Source: Pristiophorus japonicus
Lineage: Eukaryota
NCBI RefSeq assembly: GCF_044704955.1
Contig: NC_091978.1
Span: 113,150,001-113,214,000 of the forward strand
Length of the DNA: 64,000 nt
Reading direction: 5' to 3'
Shown: piece by piece, positions 1 to 14,700 of the stretch
Numbering within the stretch: the first letter of the stretch is position 1
Layout: the number at the start of each line of letters is the position of its first letter
The notes under the pieces: generated by a model
What the model saw: only the letters and a program-made list of their open reading frames with translations
What the model was told of the DNA's origin: nothing
Databases searched by the model: none
Made by a program: the position numbers and the translations under genes

Positions 1-991
1 AAGGCTGCGCTCTAACTCCCTTGCACTTTACATGGGATTTGCACCACAGATCTCCCAATGGATATTTAAATTAACCAACCCAGCTTTTTAAGTTTAAACT
101 GTAGGAGATCAGCAAGCACAAGTTCTAGCTCACGCATGCAAAATTGATACATTTGGCCCTTTATCTTTTACCATACATTCAGCAGCAGTCCCATTCTCAG
201 CAGTCTTGGCCTTTCCTTTTGCAACAATGTTAATTCAATGTTCTTCTTCTGATCTTCCTGCAAACATGATTTCTACCTTCCCTGCCTTTTGAACCTCTCT
301 GAGTATATAACCTCAAGCACACCCACATTGTCACCAACCTGCACTACACAGTGATATCCCACTGCCTGTACTCCCCTTGAGCAATATCACACGACATCAG
401 CTCCTTCTGTATAACATATGAAGGTGAGTTATAAGGATTTTACCAACATTATTTGAGCCAATTGATTCCTAGACAGGGATAGACATCAGCATTGACCAAT
501 TGGGTTTTTAAAGCCTGTGGCTTGTTGGAGGAAGAAATGGCTGAAGGATGTAAAGAAGTCCTTTGAGGTCCTGGAAGGATGGGTTAAGTAAGGGAAGGTG
601 CAATTTAGTGTAGATTTCAGGTAACTGCTTCTAAGTGTTGCAATAAAATTGAAGAGGGATGAGAACAAAGTTCAAAATACAATTCTGTAAAACTGCGCTA
701 TTTTGGGAAAGGGATAAACATCAAAAAAGGTTGTAATAAACACAGCACATGCGCTTATCCTTAGAATTAAAAGCTGGAATATTTATGGTGCCCTGTTTAA
801 TTAACACGACACATACCTATCAGGACTGTGGGGGTCCCTTGTAAAGCTGCTTAGTGCACTTTCACTGGTGTAATTGGTATAGTTTTACAGTTGGCGTAAA
901 ACTTTTCAGCTCATTAATATTAGCTAAAAGGTCACTGTGAGTATAAATCATTGTATTCATGTTGGCATTTTCAGTAGTATTAACGAACAGA

Positions 992-1565
992 GGGGGGGCC
1001 GAAATTGCCCCCAGCGGGAAATTGGGGAGGGCAAGTGGAATAAACTGAAAATGTTCTGCCCGGCAGGGGTCAGAGGGAAGAGCTGACACTTTAACTCTTG
1101 ACACTTTGGGCCACTAATGGAGGTGGTATCGGGGCGGGATCGAGTCAGTTAAAGGGGAGGGATGCTGCGAGGCCCACGTTGAGCCCACTGGGCTACCAGG
1201 GAGGGTCTCGGCTGGGCCAGTGGCCCGGCACCCAAGAGGGGGTACCAGGCTACCTGTTGGCAGCCCACCTGAACTAACTGCCGCCATTGTTAGGCCGACT
1301 CAGGAGCCAGCCGACAATGGAAACGAAAGCGGCCGTGGCGGTGCTCCCTCCCCTTTAAGAGCAGCCGCATCACCCAGCCACAACGGATCGGCACGCCGTG
1401 CGCGGCAGAAACACGGGGCGCAGTGCAAACCCGCTCCTGCCGCCCCCGACCCGGGGGCAATTTTGGATGGGCCGGCCCCGCCACCCGCCCCCAGGCGGAA
1501 AGGCCTTACCACCCTGTTAACACCTGTTAGACGGGCCTTAAAGAAGAGGGCAATCCCGCCCCCCC
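992..1565. mobile_element. GC-rich MITE, probably PIF/Harbinger-type
   Basis: Ends GGGGGCCGAAATTGCCCC and GGGCAATCCCGCCCCC form degenerate inverted repeats; GC-rich interior with no recognisable coding. Confidence 0.5.
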
Positions 1566-1673
1566 ACCCCAGGAACGTTTATCCAATATGTATTTAGCAC
1601 TGCTGCAGCTTACCAACCAGGCAGCACATTATATCATCTGTACAGATTTATGCAGTCCAGACATACAGTTCTA

Positions 1674-2558
1674 TTGAGGAGGACGCTAAGAGGCTGCAGG
1701 GTGACTTGGACAGGTTAGGTGAGTGGGCAAATGCATGGCAGATGCAGTATAATGTGGATAAATGTGAGGTTATTCATTTTGGGGGCAAAAACACGAAGGC
1801 AGAATATTATCTGGATGGCGGCAGATTAGGAAAAGGGGAGGTGCAATGAGACCTGGGTTCATCAGTCACTGAAAGTGGGCATGCAGGTACAGCAGGCAGT
1901 GAAGAAGGCAAATGGTATGTTGGCTTTCATTGCTAGGGGATTTGAGTATAGGAGCAGGGAGGTCTTACTGCAGTTGTACAGGGCCTTAGTGAGGCCTCAC
2001 CTGGAATATTGTGTTCAGTTTTGGTCTCCTAATCTGAGGAAGGACGTTCTTGCTATTGAGGGAGTGGAGCGAAGGTTCACCAGACTGATTCCAGGGATGG
2101 CTGGGCTGTCATATGAGGAGAGACTGGATCGACTGGGCCTTTATTCACTGGAGTTTAGAAGGATGAGAGGGGATCTCATAGAAACGTATAAGATTCTGAC
2201 GGGACTGGACAGGTTAGATGCGGGAACAATGTTCCCGATATTGGGGAAGTCCAGAACCAGGGGACGTAGTCTTAAGATAAGGGCTAGGCTATTTAGGACT
2301 GAGATGAGGAGAAACTTCTTCACTCAGAGAGTTGTTAACCTATGGAATTCCCTGCCGCAGAGAGTTGTTGATGCCAGTTCATTGGATATATTCAAGAGGG
2401 AGTTAGATATGGCCTTTACGGCTAAGGGTATCAAGGGGTATGGAGAGAAAGTAGGAAAGGGGTACTGAGGGAATGATCATCCATGATCTTATTGAATGGC
2501 GGTGCAGGCTCGAAGGGCTGAATGGCCTACACCTGCACCTATTTTCTATGTTTCTATG
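1674..2558 (+). mobile_element. CR1 LINE, 5'-truncated 3' end
   Basis: ORF2 C-terminus [33 protein letters not shown]; (TTTCTATG)n tail. Confidence 0.92.
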
Positions 2559-2610
2559 TGCTGCATGGTTAATGTTACAAATAACACTTTTGCGTTTATT
2601 CTGCTTATAG

Positions 2611-2738
2611 CTTGTGCATCCTACATGGATCTTGTGATAGTGCTGGATGGATCCAACAGTATCTGGCCTTGGGCACCAGTCCAAGATTTCCTTAAAAAAT
2701 TAACAGGAAGTTTAGACATCGGCCCTGACAAAACTCAG
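2611..2738 (+). CDS. ITGA2: Integrin alpha exon: I-domain start with MIDAS
   Basis: ttatag|CT TGT..ACT CAG|gtaatt; [42 protein letters not shown]. Confidence 0.93.
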
Positions 2739-5700
2739 GTAATTACACATTTCTTAATTTAGGCACTTCTTTTTGCCTTTGTAAATTGTGGCTTTACTAA
2801 AGGTTTGGATTTTACTATCTGTAAAATTCTTTATGTATGTCAGTATATATTTTATGACATTATTATAGGGATTGAATTACATCTGCACGCCAACTATTAC
2901 CTCAGCCTCTAAAACTGCTTCACCTTAAGAATATTCATGGTCCGGACTCCCTGTGAGCAATTCCATAGAGGGTAGTGGATCTTGCCTGATGTTGCACATG
3001 TTACATCAGAGAATATGATCCCCCCTTTACCTATTCTTCTATCTTCCTGTTTCTGTGACTCTCTTTATCTCTCATTTTCTGTCTCTGTCATTTTTTTCCC
3101 GCTCCCTGTATTTTCCTTTTTCTTTTGGATGGGAAGTGGTGGGTAATGAGCAGAGTGTGGCAGGGAAGGATGTCACCAATGGTTGGAGGTTACATTCTCT
3201 ATTGAGGGTTGTAGGGAAAGTGTGCCCTCAGTGGCTGCCTTCCTCTTGCCTGTTGCCATCAATTGTTCTTTTCCCTACTACTTTGTTTCCACCGCATTCC
3301 CTATTGATTTGTCTTCTCATTAACCCCCCCCCTTTCTACCACCCCTCACTCGCATTGCTGCCCCTACTCACTCCCATTGCTATGCTTAGCTCTTCCCCTT
3401 AGAACTATCTGATCCACCTCTCTAACCCTTTTCCCCCATCCCACCCCTTACTCTGCTGTTAATCCCCTCACACTTAATCTTCCATCAACTCCTTTTCACT
3501 TCGACTTGCTTCCCCCAAGGGCGAGTTGCATTTCAAAATCCACCTTGTGTATTTTTTTGAAAAATTAACTCAAATGAAGATGATCAAAGGCATTCTAGCC
3601 TAGAAATTCCTGGAGCCACGCGCTGCCACTGAAGGTGCAGTGAGGCAGGGCTTCCACCTGTCCACCTGCTGTGGCTCTGACCCTGGCCCTGGCCCAAATC
3701 CCAAGCACCCCTATTGCATAATAGAGGTGGGTACCCATTCCATTTACAGCACTATTGGGGCACTCACCCTACACAGGCACAGAACTTTGGAATGGCATCT
3801 AACTTCTTTGTGTTAGAGCCATAAACCAATGCAGCGTAAGATCTCCAAGGTAATGATTTTTGTCATGGCTCTTCTGTTTTGCTCCTTTGCTAATGGCAGT
3901 CAATCTGTCCGAGATTGATTGCTATTTTAAATGGCATTGTGGGGCTCCCACTTATGGCTGTTATACGGCAAGTCCTTGTGCTTGACCCAGGCATACTTAC
4001 CGTTGGCTTGTGCAGAGGACAGAACTGGTGAGATTTCCAGCGGAGTCCAGCATTCCATCAGTCCTGCCTCTAAGTTTGATGTAGTCCCAAACAAAAGAGG
4101 CAGGATGAAAAGACAACTTTGATTTAACCACCATCATCCCTTTTGTCATTTAATCACTCCTGCCTTCCACCCTATCCTTTTGTTCTTTCTTCCTCTCCCC
4201 CTTTCCCTGCCATTGTACTCGGGGGCCTCTTATCAACAAGAGCAGGCATTGACGACAAGATTCAACGCCGCCAGTGCGCCAGTGCAGCCTTCGGCCGCCT
4301 GAGGAAAATAATTTTTGAAGACCAGGCCCTCAAAACTGCCACCAAGCTCATGGTCTACAGGGCTGTAGTAATACCCGCCCTCCTGTATGGCTCAGAGACA
4401 TGGACCATGTACAGCAGACACCTCAAATCGCTGGAGAGATAACACCAACTATGTCTCTGCTAGATCCTACAAATCCCCTGGGAGGCCAGACGCACCAACA
4501 TCAGCGTCCTCAACCAGGCCAACATCCCCAACATTGAAGCACTGACCACACTTGATCCACTCCGCTGGGCAGGCCACATTGTTTGCCTGACACAAGACTC
4601 CCAAAGCAAGCGCTCTACTCGGAACTCCTTCATGGCAAACGAGCCAAAGGTGGGCAGAGGAAATGTTACAAAGATACCCTCAAAGCCTCCACCTGATAAA
4701 GTGTGATATCCCCACTGACACCTGGGAGTAACTGGCCAAAGACCACTTTAAGTGGAGGAAGTACATATGGGAGGGTGCTGAGCACCTCGAGTCTCATCGC
4801 CGAGAGCATGCAGAAAACAAACGCAGGCAGCGGAAAGAGCATACGGCAAACCAGTCCCACCCACCCTTTCCCTCAAACAACTATCTGCTCCACCTGTGAC
4901 AGAGACTTTGGTTCTCGTATTGGACTGTTCAGCCACCTAAGAACTCATTTTAAGAGTGGAAGCAAGTCTTCCTCGATTCCGAGGGACGGCCTATGATGAT
5001 GATGATGATGATTTGCTTTAAAAACTGGTACATCTTTAACTTTTTCCAGTTCTGACAAAAGGTCATTGACCTGCAACGTTAGTCAGAATTTTGCCAGAGC
5101 TCAGAGGCAGGTCTGCTGTCAAAATCTAAAAGATTGATATGATGAGTGGCACAGCAGGATGAGGTCGAGTGTGGCTTTGCAGTAAAGTTTTGGGATCTAC
5201 TGAGGTCATTGAAATGTTTGCGTCACTGCAGCCAGGTCCCCCTGATGACATCCCTGCTTGTGCCCTCCTGTGCCACCAGGCCGCGTTGGTGTCCTTGGAA
5301 GGTCTCTTCCACCCATTGGAAGAGAAGAGAATCTCCCTGCATGCTGTGACTCCCTCCTAAGCAGATGGAGGAAGTTAAGGGAGAGCCTGGGTGCAGCTGT
5401 GCACCTTTGTGCAGTGCTTGTCAATGTTTGCAGCACTTCAATGCTGCAGAACACTTACAGCACAGTGTCAAAATTAATGTGGACATGATCCCTTTAAGAA
5501 AACTGGCTGATGACACATCATCAAATGATGTCAGCAGACCCGCTTCCTTTAATTGGCCGAGAACCTCGCTGGGCAGGCTTAACAAGCCCAATCAACGGAA
5601 GATTATTTTCACAGAGCGGGAACCAGGAGCAAAGTCGCAGTCTCTCACCTACCTTGTCCACACTGGGTCCACCTCCGTAGGCGACATCGCAGCCGTTAAC

Positions 5701-8700
5701 TCTGTTTCTCGCTCCACGGATATTGCCTGACCTGCTGAATATTTCCAGCATTTTCTGTTTTTATTTTAAATGTAACCATTTTATGCAAAGAATAGTGAAT
5801 GTATGGAATGGACTGCCGAGGCAGGCAGAGGGTGCCGATTGTATCAATAAATTCAAGAGAAGTTTAGAAAAGTTGATGAAAATTTGACAGAAGGATGTGA
5901 GGAGTATCGTGGGATTTCCTGTCAGCCGTGTTGTAAAATGCATTCTACTTGCAGTGATCTGAACACGCCTACAGTTTTGGATCAGGTCATCATACGACCC
6001 ACCCCCGCCCCTCCCCGATATGTCCCTGGAATGCACCTGCCTGCTGGCAAGTCTTTGTGCTTAATTAAAGGGGCAGTACTACTGCCATTTTGAAAAGAAT
6101 GTATATGAAAAATTGTCTTGTATGTTCAACTGTAAAAGATGATTCCATTGATTTGATCCAAATAGGTGTCTATTGTACAATATGGTGAAGATGCAAGAAT
6201 TGAATTCAAGTTGAACTCTTTCAAAACAACAGCCGAACTTGAACAGATTGCAGCAAGCATCCCACAAAAGCAAGGACAGGAAACAAATACAGCTCGCGGA
6301 ATTGACTACGCAAGGTAATTTATGTCTCAAAGCAAGTTGCATTAACTATTTGTAATTGCTTATGAAAAAATAGTGCTGTAGTAATTGCCTAGAATATATC
6401 TTCTTTCTAATAAAAAGTTTATACTGGAAATTCAGAGCAGGTCCACCTACATCTAAAAAGAGAAAAGACAAGTTCAGGATACAGGTGGAGATCTTTCCTC
6501 ACAACCCTCATTCAGCCTTTACTGTGGTTAAGTATGAAAATCAAGCATGATGTACAGATTTTCCTTCATGCCCTGATTCAGGATCTCCCACTTTCTATTT
6601 GTGTTTACAAGCAATGCCTTTGTTTAAATTTCCACACTGAGCTGACATCAGATCTACAATCATTTATTTACTTTTATTCATCATTTCCTTTCTTTGAATG
6701 TTTCCAATTCTTGTTACACATGTAGGACATGTGGGTTGCTGAAAACCTTTTCCTATTTAAAAACTATAATCAAATGATACAACTCAATAACTTTTAGTCC
6801 TTTGGAGACAATCCATATTATGTATATTTAGTTACCTAAAACACTAGCTGATCTGCTGTGGCATTGCTTACGTGTAGTCTGCAGTTGCAATGTTTAGCTG
6901 CTAACTGTCCCTTTGAGTCAATTGCTCAGGACTCTCTTTGAGGAAGGTAAGTAGGTCCTGAGATCAATTCAAGGCCTCTTCCCCTTGTTCCTTCAACAGC
7001 CTTTTTCGCCTATCTCAATAAATGAGTTTCTTTATCTTTTTGTATATATTTTTAAATATTATTCAGTTATGGGACTAGAACCTCCACTTTTGTGCTTATC
7101 GCCCAAAAAAGAGCGATATTTCCGGCGTGGGCGGTTAAAAAGGGTTTTAAGATCTAAGTTTGAGAATAAGTTTTAACTCTGCATTGATTGAAAGACTTGT
7201 AGATTACTGGGCAGTTATTTTGAATTTACATCGCTAACTTGTAGAATTCACTGAGCTAACTTGGGATCAATTTTCCCCAAAGCCATTTTTTGGCGTACTT
7301 GAAGAGTTGTGCCCGTTTTTTGGGGGCCCAACAATGCCAAAAGAAAATCAGCCAATTTTCCCGGTTTGTATTGTTCATTTTGGCGCCGCCTAGCCTGTCC
7401 TTCAACTTTGGGGGGGTGGAGCCTAAGATCTGTGCCAAAACGATCGGGTTGCCAGGGTAACAAGAGACACATTGCGGGCTGAGGTTGGAAAGTGAAACAT
7501 ACAACACATTCTGGCCAGCTCACAGCAACCTACACAAGCACCGTGCACATTGCAGCAGCATTCCAGCATTAAATCATTAAAGTGTTTATGCCAAAAGTCT
7601 ATTCCCCCCCCCACCCCCGCCAGTGCCGGTTGTCGTTGCTAGCCCTGGCCGAAGGACCTCCCTCCTCCTGGTGCCGGGCGGCGCTCCTAACCCTGGCCGA
7701 AAGGCTTCCCTCCCCTGCCGGTGCCGTTTGCCGCTCCTAACCCTGACCGAATGGCCTCCTCCCTCTCTCCTCTCTCTTCTCCCCCCACCCTCGCCCCTCT
7801 CTCCTCTCTCTTCTCCCACTCTCTCTCCCTCTCAGCTGCTGCTGTCCGGGCCGTGGAACCTTACTCTTACCTGCGCCAATTTTCTTAACTGCCCAGAAGG
7901 TTTTTCCAGAGCGATCACATACGCTGTCCTAAGAAAATTGGAGTAAATCGGAGCTGGCCAAACTTGCTTAAATGGCCAGAATTGGCACAGGTGGCAGGTT
8001 ACGCCCCCAATGACGCAAAAAAAACGAACCTAAAAAAATCGTAACTAACTGAGTTATGCTGGCACACAATCTTTGGGGAAACTTGGATATTTTAATTGAG
8101 GCCAAATAAGCGGCGCACAACAAAATAATGGCGCAGATAACTGGGGAAAATTGAACCCATGTTAAGTAAATTCCTTTTGTGCTTGAAAGTCGAGCGGGTT
8201 CCATTCTTTGCGTCCGATCACATCATTTTGTCATATTTTAGGATGTATGCATTCTCACCTCAAAATGGTGGAAGAGCAACAGCAACAAAGGTAATGGTTG
8301 TTGTAACTGATGGTGAATCTCATGACAGCAGCAAGTTACCAAAAGTGATAGCCGCATGTGAGAATGAACGAATAATCAGATTTGGGATTGCTGTAAGTAA
8401 AATGTCAACTTTATTTTTAGCAAATTAGATATCCATGACAGAAGTTGTAAAATATTTTATGCACTGAACAATAGAATCTTTCAAAAATACATTTTTCTGG
8501 AATTTCACTGTTCATTGCACCAGCCAAGAAATCAGCCTAGAAATTAGTTAGCTATGTCAGCGGACAAATGCTTAACATATTCATATGACATTGCTCTGTC
8601 AGCTATTTTAACACAGCTGTTAACCTATTTCTATTAAATGGGTTAAAACTTTGTTCAAATTGCAGACAAAGATATGTCATACAAACTCCTTAAACATTCA

Positions 8701-11700
8701 TTGACTTATACTGCCAAATTTAATTTTATGTTTTACTGGCTTATAGGCTATAGTGTGATAAGTTTTATTACCAACTTGCTTTAGCTAACTAGCATTATTA
8801 GTATCACAAAACTGGAGTGAATGCAGAAAGATGGTAGTTTGGAGATGAAGAGAAATAGGTAACAGCTGAGATAAAATAACAGGCAGAAGAATGCCATACA
8901 AATGTGTTAAACATTCATTCACTATCACAAACTAATTCATAGTCAATGTTTGATGCTGACAGTCAACATTTTGGAAACATAGTCAGTATTGACACACTTC
9001 AGCAAAATATCTGAGCTCCCTCTCCCCACCATTCCCCTTCCACAGTCTAGTATACAGAGTCTGCTGGCTAATGCAATGGACAACCTACAACTATGCAACA
9101 TTCCCTTGGAACCGCATTGAAGTGTCAGCCTAGATTAAAATTTAACTGAGACATGATCCCAGCAGTTACACCAGGACTGCACCCACTAGTGAGCTCTCCC
9201 ACTGGCCCTGCCAAAGTATGCAGGGTCAGTGGGAGATTACCCTATTTGCATAGGGCTGGTAGGTGCCTGCTCCATTAGGGATGCATCTTGGCAACTCATT
9301 TGCCCCAGGAGGCCGCAAAATGCAAAGTTGGTGATTGGGCAGGGGTGGGTGTCGGCACCCACTCCCCTACAAAATGCCACACTAGTCCTGCTACGGACCA
9401 ATGAAAAATTTGGTCTCACTTTCTCTTCAAGGGTCCGGGCCATGACTAAGGCCTGGACCTCCAACGTGAGCCCAATTTCACCATCTCTGAGGCCGGTACA
9501 TCTCTGCACTCTAGGACAACAATCACTGAAGCAGTGTTTCCCATACCAAGGCCACTGGAATGCCCAGGTTTTAGTGTCCTAGCTCCTACCTTCAGTTGTT
9601 TCATGTCAGTGGCCGTGTTTGGAGTAACAGAAGGCTCCAACCTCAAACGTAGCTTCAGAAAATTCCCAGGCGAGGTTGGAACCCTCTGTGTTGCCAAAGA
9701 ACTGTAGAATTCCATCCCCTATGTGCTCAAGACTTGAAGTGAGACCTGAACCCACAATCTTTCGATTCAGATGTAAGAGTGTTACCACTGAACAAAGCCA
9801 ACATTCCAGGCAAGCTACATTTATAAATATCATTCATTGCAAAACCTACTGGAAATTTAAACAGCTGACAAAAATGTGCAATTTACTTTGATGTAATAAA
9901 TTCAATTTTTGTTTTAATTTCATAGGTTCTTGGATATTACAATAGAGAGGGAATAAACCCAGACAATTTAATCAAGGAAATCAAGTCCATTGCAAATGAC
10001 CCAAAAGAGAAGCATTTTTTCAATGTATCTTCAGAAGCTGCTTTAATAGAAATAGCTAGTGCCCTCAGAGAACGTATCTTTAGTATTGAAGGTAAATCTT
10101 TCTTTGTATTTTCTTCAAAGTATTTTGTGTTCTTATGTTTTTATTTTAGCCAATTGGTGAATTCAAATATGCAATCCATTTGAAGGCTTGCTATAATGAT
10201 GGCGTGTGCAGATTTGGGCTCTAGGAAGGATGTTGAGGCAATAGAGAAGGTACAGCACAGATTCACTGGAATACTGCCTACTGCCAGGAAATACAAATAC
10301 GAAGAAAGACTTGGAAATTTGGAGCTGTTTTCATTAGAACAGAAGATATTATGGGGTGATTTGATAGAGGTGTTTAAAATTATGAAGGATGGGACAGAAG
10401 AGATAGCAACAGACTGTTTCCAATGCTTGACCCATCTGAAGCAAGGGGGCAGAAATTTAAGATTAAATGTAAGAAACTTAAGCCAGAGAGCAGGAAAAGC
10501 TTTTTTACACAGAGGCTTGTGACACAGTGTAAAGCAGTATTGGAGTTCGTGATTGATAGTTAGTCATTTCAACATTCAAGAATAGGTTAGATAGATGGTT
10601 GAAGGAAAGGGGAATAAAAAGTGCTTTGGGATCAGAACAGGCACATGGGATTAAAACTACTGCTTGTGCTGAAGATAAACACCAACACAGATTGGTTGGG
10701 CCAAACAAACTTCTTCCATATTGTAATTCTATGTATTACAGCCCTGAAAAATGAAAATGAGCTTATAGCTACATAATGTGGTCAGAGCTACTACACAGTG
10801 CTCCAGATGCTCAGAATGAGAGGCATAGTCACAATGTTGGGGCCTTTCCCTTAAACATGTTGTGAGTAGCTGCTCTGCTTGTTTCCACCATTTACAAGGT
10901 TTCTTCACTGTGTTTCCAAAACTGAACTTGCTCAGAGCTTCTTAATGCTGTACCAAATCTGAACAGCGATGCCACTTTATGAATGTACACCTGGTGTGTG
11001 ACCATAAGCACAGATTCATGCTTTCCTGGTAGCATCCATGATTTCATCTTAAGCCAGTCCATGGTGCCAATATTATTTCAAGGGCCAGGAAGTCTGGCTG
11101 GCTAGCTTCAAGCTGACCAAAATTAATCAAAGGTATGACAGAGATAACATGACATGACATTTCTATAAGCACAAGCAGATACATGCTTTATAGTTATATA
11201 TTTTAATGTTTTAATTCTACTAGGGACAAGCAATAAGAATGAAGATACTTTCCTGTTGGAAATGGCACAAGTTGGATTCAGTGCACACTTCGTACCTAGC
11301 CAGGTATTAACTTTTTATGTGTGATTTTCTTTTTATGTGGTAGCCATCATGGTGAAGAATTAGCACAGGAAGTAAATGATTTGCTTTTGTTTGCATTCTA
11401 TGACAGTAGGGGCATCAACAACAACTTTTATTTATATAGCGCCTTTAACATAGTAAAACGTCCCAAGTCGCTTCACTGGAACGTTATCAAACAAAATTTG
11501 ACACTGAGCCTCATAAGGAGATATTAGGGCAGATGACTAAAAGTTTGTTCAAAGAGGTCGGTTTTAAGGAGCATCTTATAGCAGGAAAGAGAGGTGGAGA
11601 CTTTTAGGGAGGTCTTTTTAGAAAAATGTGATAATACAATGCTACACAGTGATCAACTCATTGAGTGCGGTTTGTTAGTTGTGTACTTTATTCAAGATTA

Positions 11701-14700
11701 ACATCCTTTTTTCAGGACTTGCTGATATTGGGAGCAGTTGGAGCTTATGATTGGACAGGCACAACTGTTCATAAATCATCTGGCAAAACTACTATTTTTG
11801 CCAAGAAAATTTTTCAAGATATTCTGCAAGATAGAAATGACAGTTCATACTTAGGTAAACTTTAATTTTAGTTCCACTCATTACAAAATCAGGGTTCTGC
11901 ATTCAGTTTCACACTCATCAATTCAACTTTAGGGCAAATAAGGTATGTACCATTTTTAAGATGTTCGAAACTGTGAGCAAAGTTTCCGATCTGGTCATAG
12001 AAGCCAGTGGCATTGCCAGGCATAAACATCAACATGCACTATATAGAAGGTTTATGCTCGTGAAACCCCAAGTTCCTAATCTCAGCCGAGCTGCCATAAA
12101 TAGTTGTCAAGCTGAATCCAGACACTCCCCAGAGGACGGGATGGAGAGGAAGAAAGTAATTCCCAAGCTTTTCTTAAACTCACCTCCTAGTGGCTTGATT
12201 CAGAGTTGCAATGATCAACGCTTTGTCCATTACAGGTAATTGTTTAGAACTTAACTTTTGAAATATATAGTGGGGTGATGTTTCTGTCCGGTTCACCTGA
12301 GGAATGGTCTGTTTCCAAGTGCAAAGAAGAAAAGGGGGCAGATATCCATGATGCCAGGTCTTCACCCCTTTATATTGCCCACAAATTTCTAGAGTTACCT
12401 CCCAAGATGGAGGTCTGGAGTGTTTGTGGTCACCACCTTAATGAGAAAGGCAGGAGGATAACCAGCCTTCCTTATTCTCCCCCCACCCGACCAGCTCATT
12501 GAAGGATACTCATTTTGTAGGGCTCCCAGAAGAATTGGGCCTTAGGCCCTGCACCCTGCCTCTCTCTGATTAAAGGATCGGAGAGGGGCATACAGCAAAG
12601 GCCAGAGGACCAGAAAGGATAAGTCCCCTTTTCTAGGACAGGAGCTCAGTGCTGGAGTCTTCTGGCTGGCTGTTTTTTGGACAGCAGCCAGAAGGTCCTT
12701 AGCCAAGCAGCCATTCCCACCGCTGTCTAGGCCTGTCAGGCTGCAGCCGGTGCATATCCATGCCCTTTTCCGTGCGCAAGGCCCTGCCAAGGGGCAGCAT
12801 ACATCTAGACTGATAATCTGAATCCACAATTATGGGTGGGTTCTGATCAGGGCAGACTGGGCAACTTCAGCTACACTCAAGTGAACTAGTATTCAGATGC
12901 ACCTCAACCTGCTTACAGGACAAAGCTAAGTGTTAGATTTTATAATGATAAATAAATTAAGCATTTAAAGCTCAATTTAAGTATTTAAATATATATATTA
13001 CACTTTGACTCCCAACAGTATTTTCCCTGTTGATATATTACTTGTATTTTCATTCACAGGTTACTCTTTAACATCACTGGTTACACCAGATTCTGTGTTC
13101 TATGTTGCCGGAGCACCGCGCTTCCAACACACTGGCCAGATAGTCATTTACACAGTTGGATTAAATGAGGAGGTGGTAATTAAGCAGACACAAAAAGGAG
13201 AACAGGCATGTACAGTGCTAAACCCATCTTTTTCTTTCAAATTCTGATTGACCTATTGTACAATTCCATTACTTTCTACTTTTATTGGAAAGAGCAAAGA
13301 CAATGATACCACAATATGACTGGATTTGTTTTTGAGGAAAGGAATATTAAGCTGATTTATTAGAAAGCTGAACATAGCATTCTGTTACATTTGGAAAAAT
13401 ATTGCATTGATTCAAATTTCAGTCTATGAAGGCAATAAAAACCAATCTTTATCAGCAAATTACATACGCATTACAAACTCCAGCTCAATCACAGAAGCAA
13501 CATTGCGCCAGAAGTGGAGTAGGAGCTTGGTCCTTACATAGAGTTGCTCACATTGCTGAAGAAGAATAGGAAAGATTTTTCTCCATGGATCTGGGCCTTT
13601 GACAGCTGTGCTGTTTTCCCTTCACCAGGCTATTTACAAACATTGGGCATGGTAATTATCTCCGTGGTGTTCTGGTCCCTCTGTTCCTACGCCCCCATTT
13701 GGTACTGCACATGTATACTCGATCCAGTCACTCCGCACTCGATCCGGTCACTCCACACTCGATCCGGTCACTCCCCACTCAATCTGGTTACTCCCCACTC
13801 GATCCGGTCTGCCCACACTCGATCCGGTCACTCCGCACTCGAACTGGTCACTCTCCACTCGATCCGGTCACTCAGGCCCACACTCGATCCGGTCACTCCG
13901 CACTCGATCCAGTCACTCAGGCCCACTCGATCCGGTCACTCCGCACTCGACCCGGTCACTCAGGCCCACTTGATCCGGTCACTCCGCACTTGATCCAGTC
14001 ACTCAGGCCCACGATCCAGTCACTCCGCAATCGATCCGTTCACTCAGGCCCATTCGATCCGGTTACTCTGCACTCGATCCTGTCACTCAGGCTCACTCGC
14101 TCCGGTCACTCAGGCCCACTCGATCCGGTCACTCCACACTTGATCCAGTCACTTAGGCCCACTCGATCCGGTCACTCAACACTTGATCCGGTCGCTCCCC
14201 ACTCGTTCTGGTCACTCAGGCCCACTCGCTCCGGTCACCCCCCCACTCGCTCCGGTCACTCCACACTCGCTCCGGTCACTCCACACTCGATCCGGTCGCT
14301 CAGGCCCACTCGCTTTGGTCACTTAGGCTCACTCGCTCTGGTCACTCCACACTCGCTCCGGTCACTCAGGCCCACTCGATCTGGTCACTCCCCACTCAAT
14401 CTAGTCACTCCACACTCGCTCCGGTCACTCAGGCCCACTCAATCCGGTCACTCTGCACTCGATCCGGTCACTCAGGCCCATTCGATCCTGTCACTCCATA
14501 CGCGATCCGGTCACTCAGGCCCACTCGATCCGGTCACTCAGGCTCACTCAAGCCCATTCGATCCAGTCATTTCCCACTTCATCTGGTCACTCCCCACCTG
14601 ACCCGGTCACTCAGGCCCACTCAATCCGGTCACTCTGCACTCGATCCGGTCACTCAGGCCCACTCGATCCAGTCACTCCATACGCGATCCGGTCACTCAG

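Larger units (their letters stand above)
4120..5766. mobile_element. Penelope-like element terminal remnant, interrupted by an RTE and a Harbinger-like insertion
   Basis: Pieces 4120-4218, 5013-5081 and 5696-5766 join to ..CCAGTTCTGACAAAAGGTCATTGACCTGCAACGTTA|ACTCTGTTTCTCGCTCCACGGATATTGCCTGACCTGCTGAATATTTCCAGCATTTTCTG; a similar tail occurs at 16550-16596. Confidence 0.55.

Noticed and set aside
380-430. Strong donor GAAG|GTGAGT at ~424 as the end of the preceding integrin exon
   Set aside because: The upstream sequence does not encode the expected CGPLW/CS-type propeller segment.
1220-1597. Pro/Ala-rich ORFs on both strands
   Set aside because: They fall in a GC-rich MITE where stops are rare; no recognisable motif.
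11961-12239. 92-aa ATG-initiated ORF just after an exon
   Set aside because: No recognisable homology, not needed for the integrin frame, and its length is within chance expectation.
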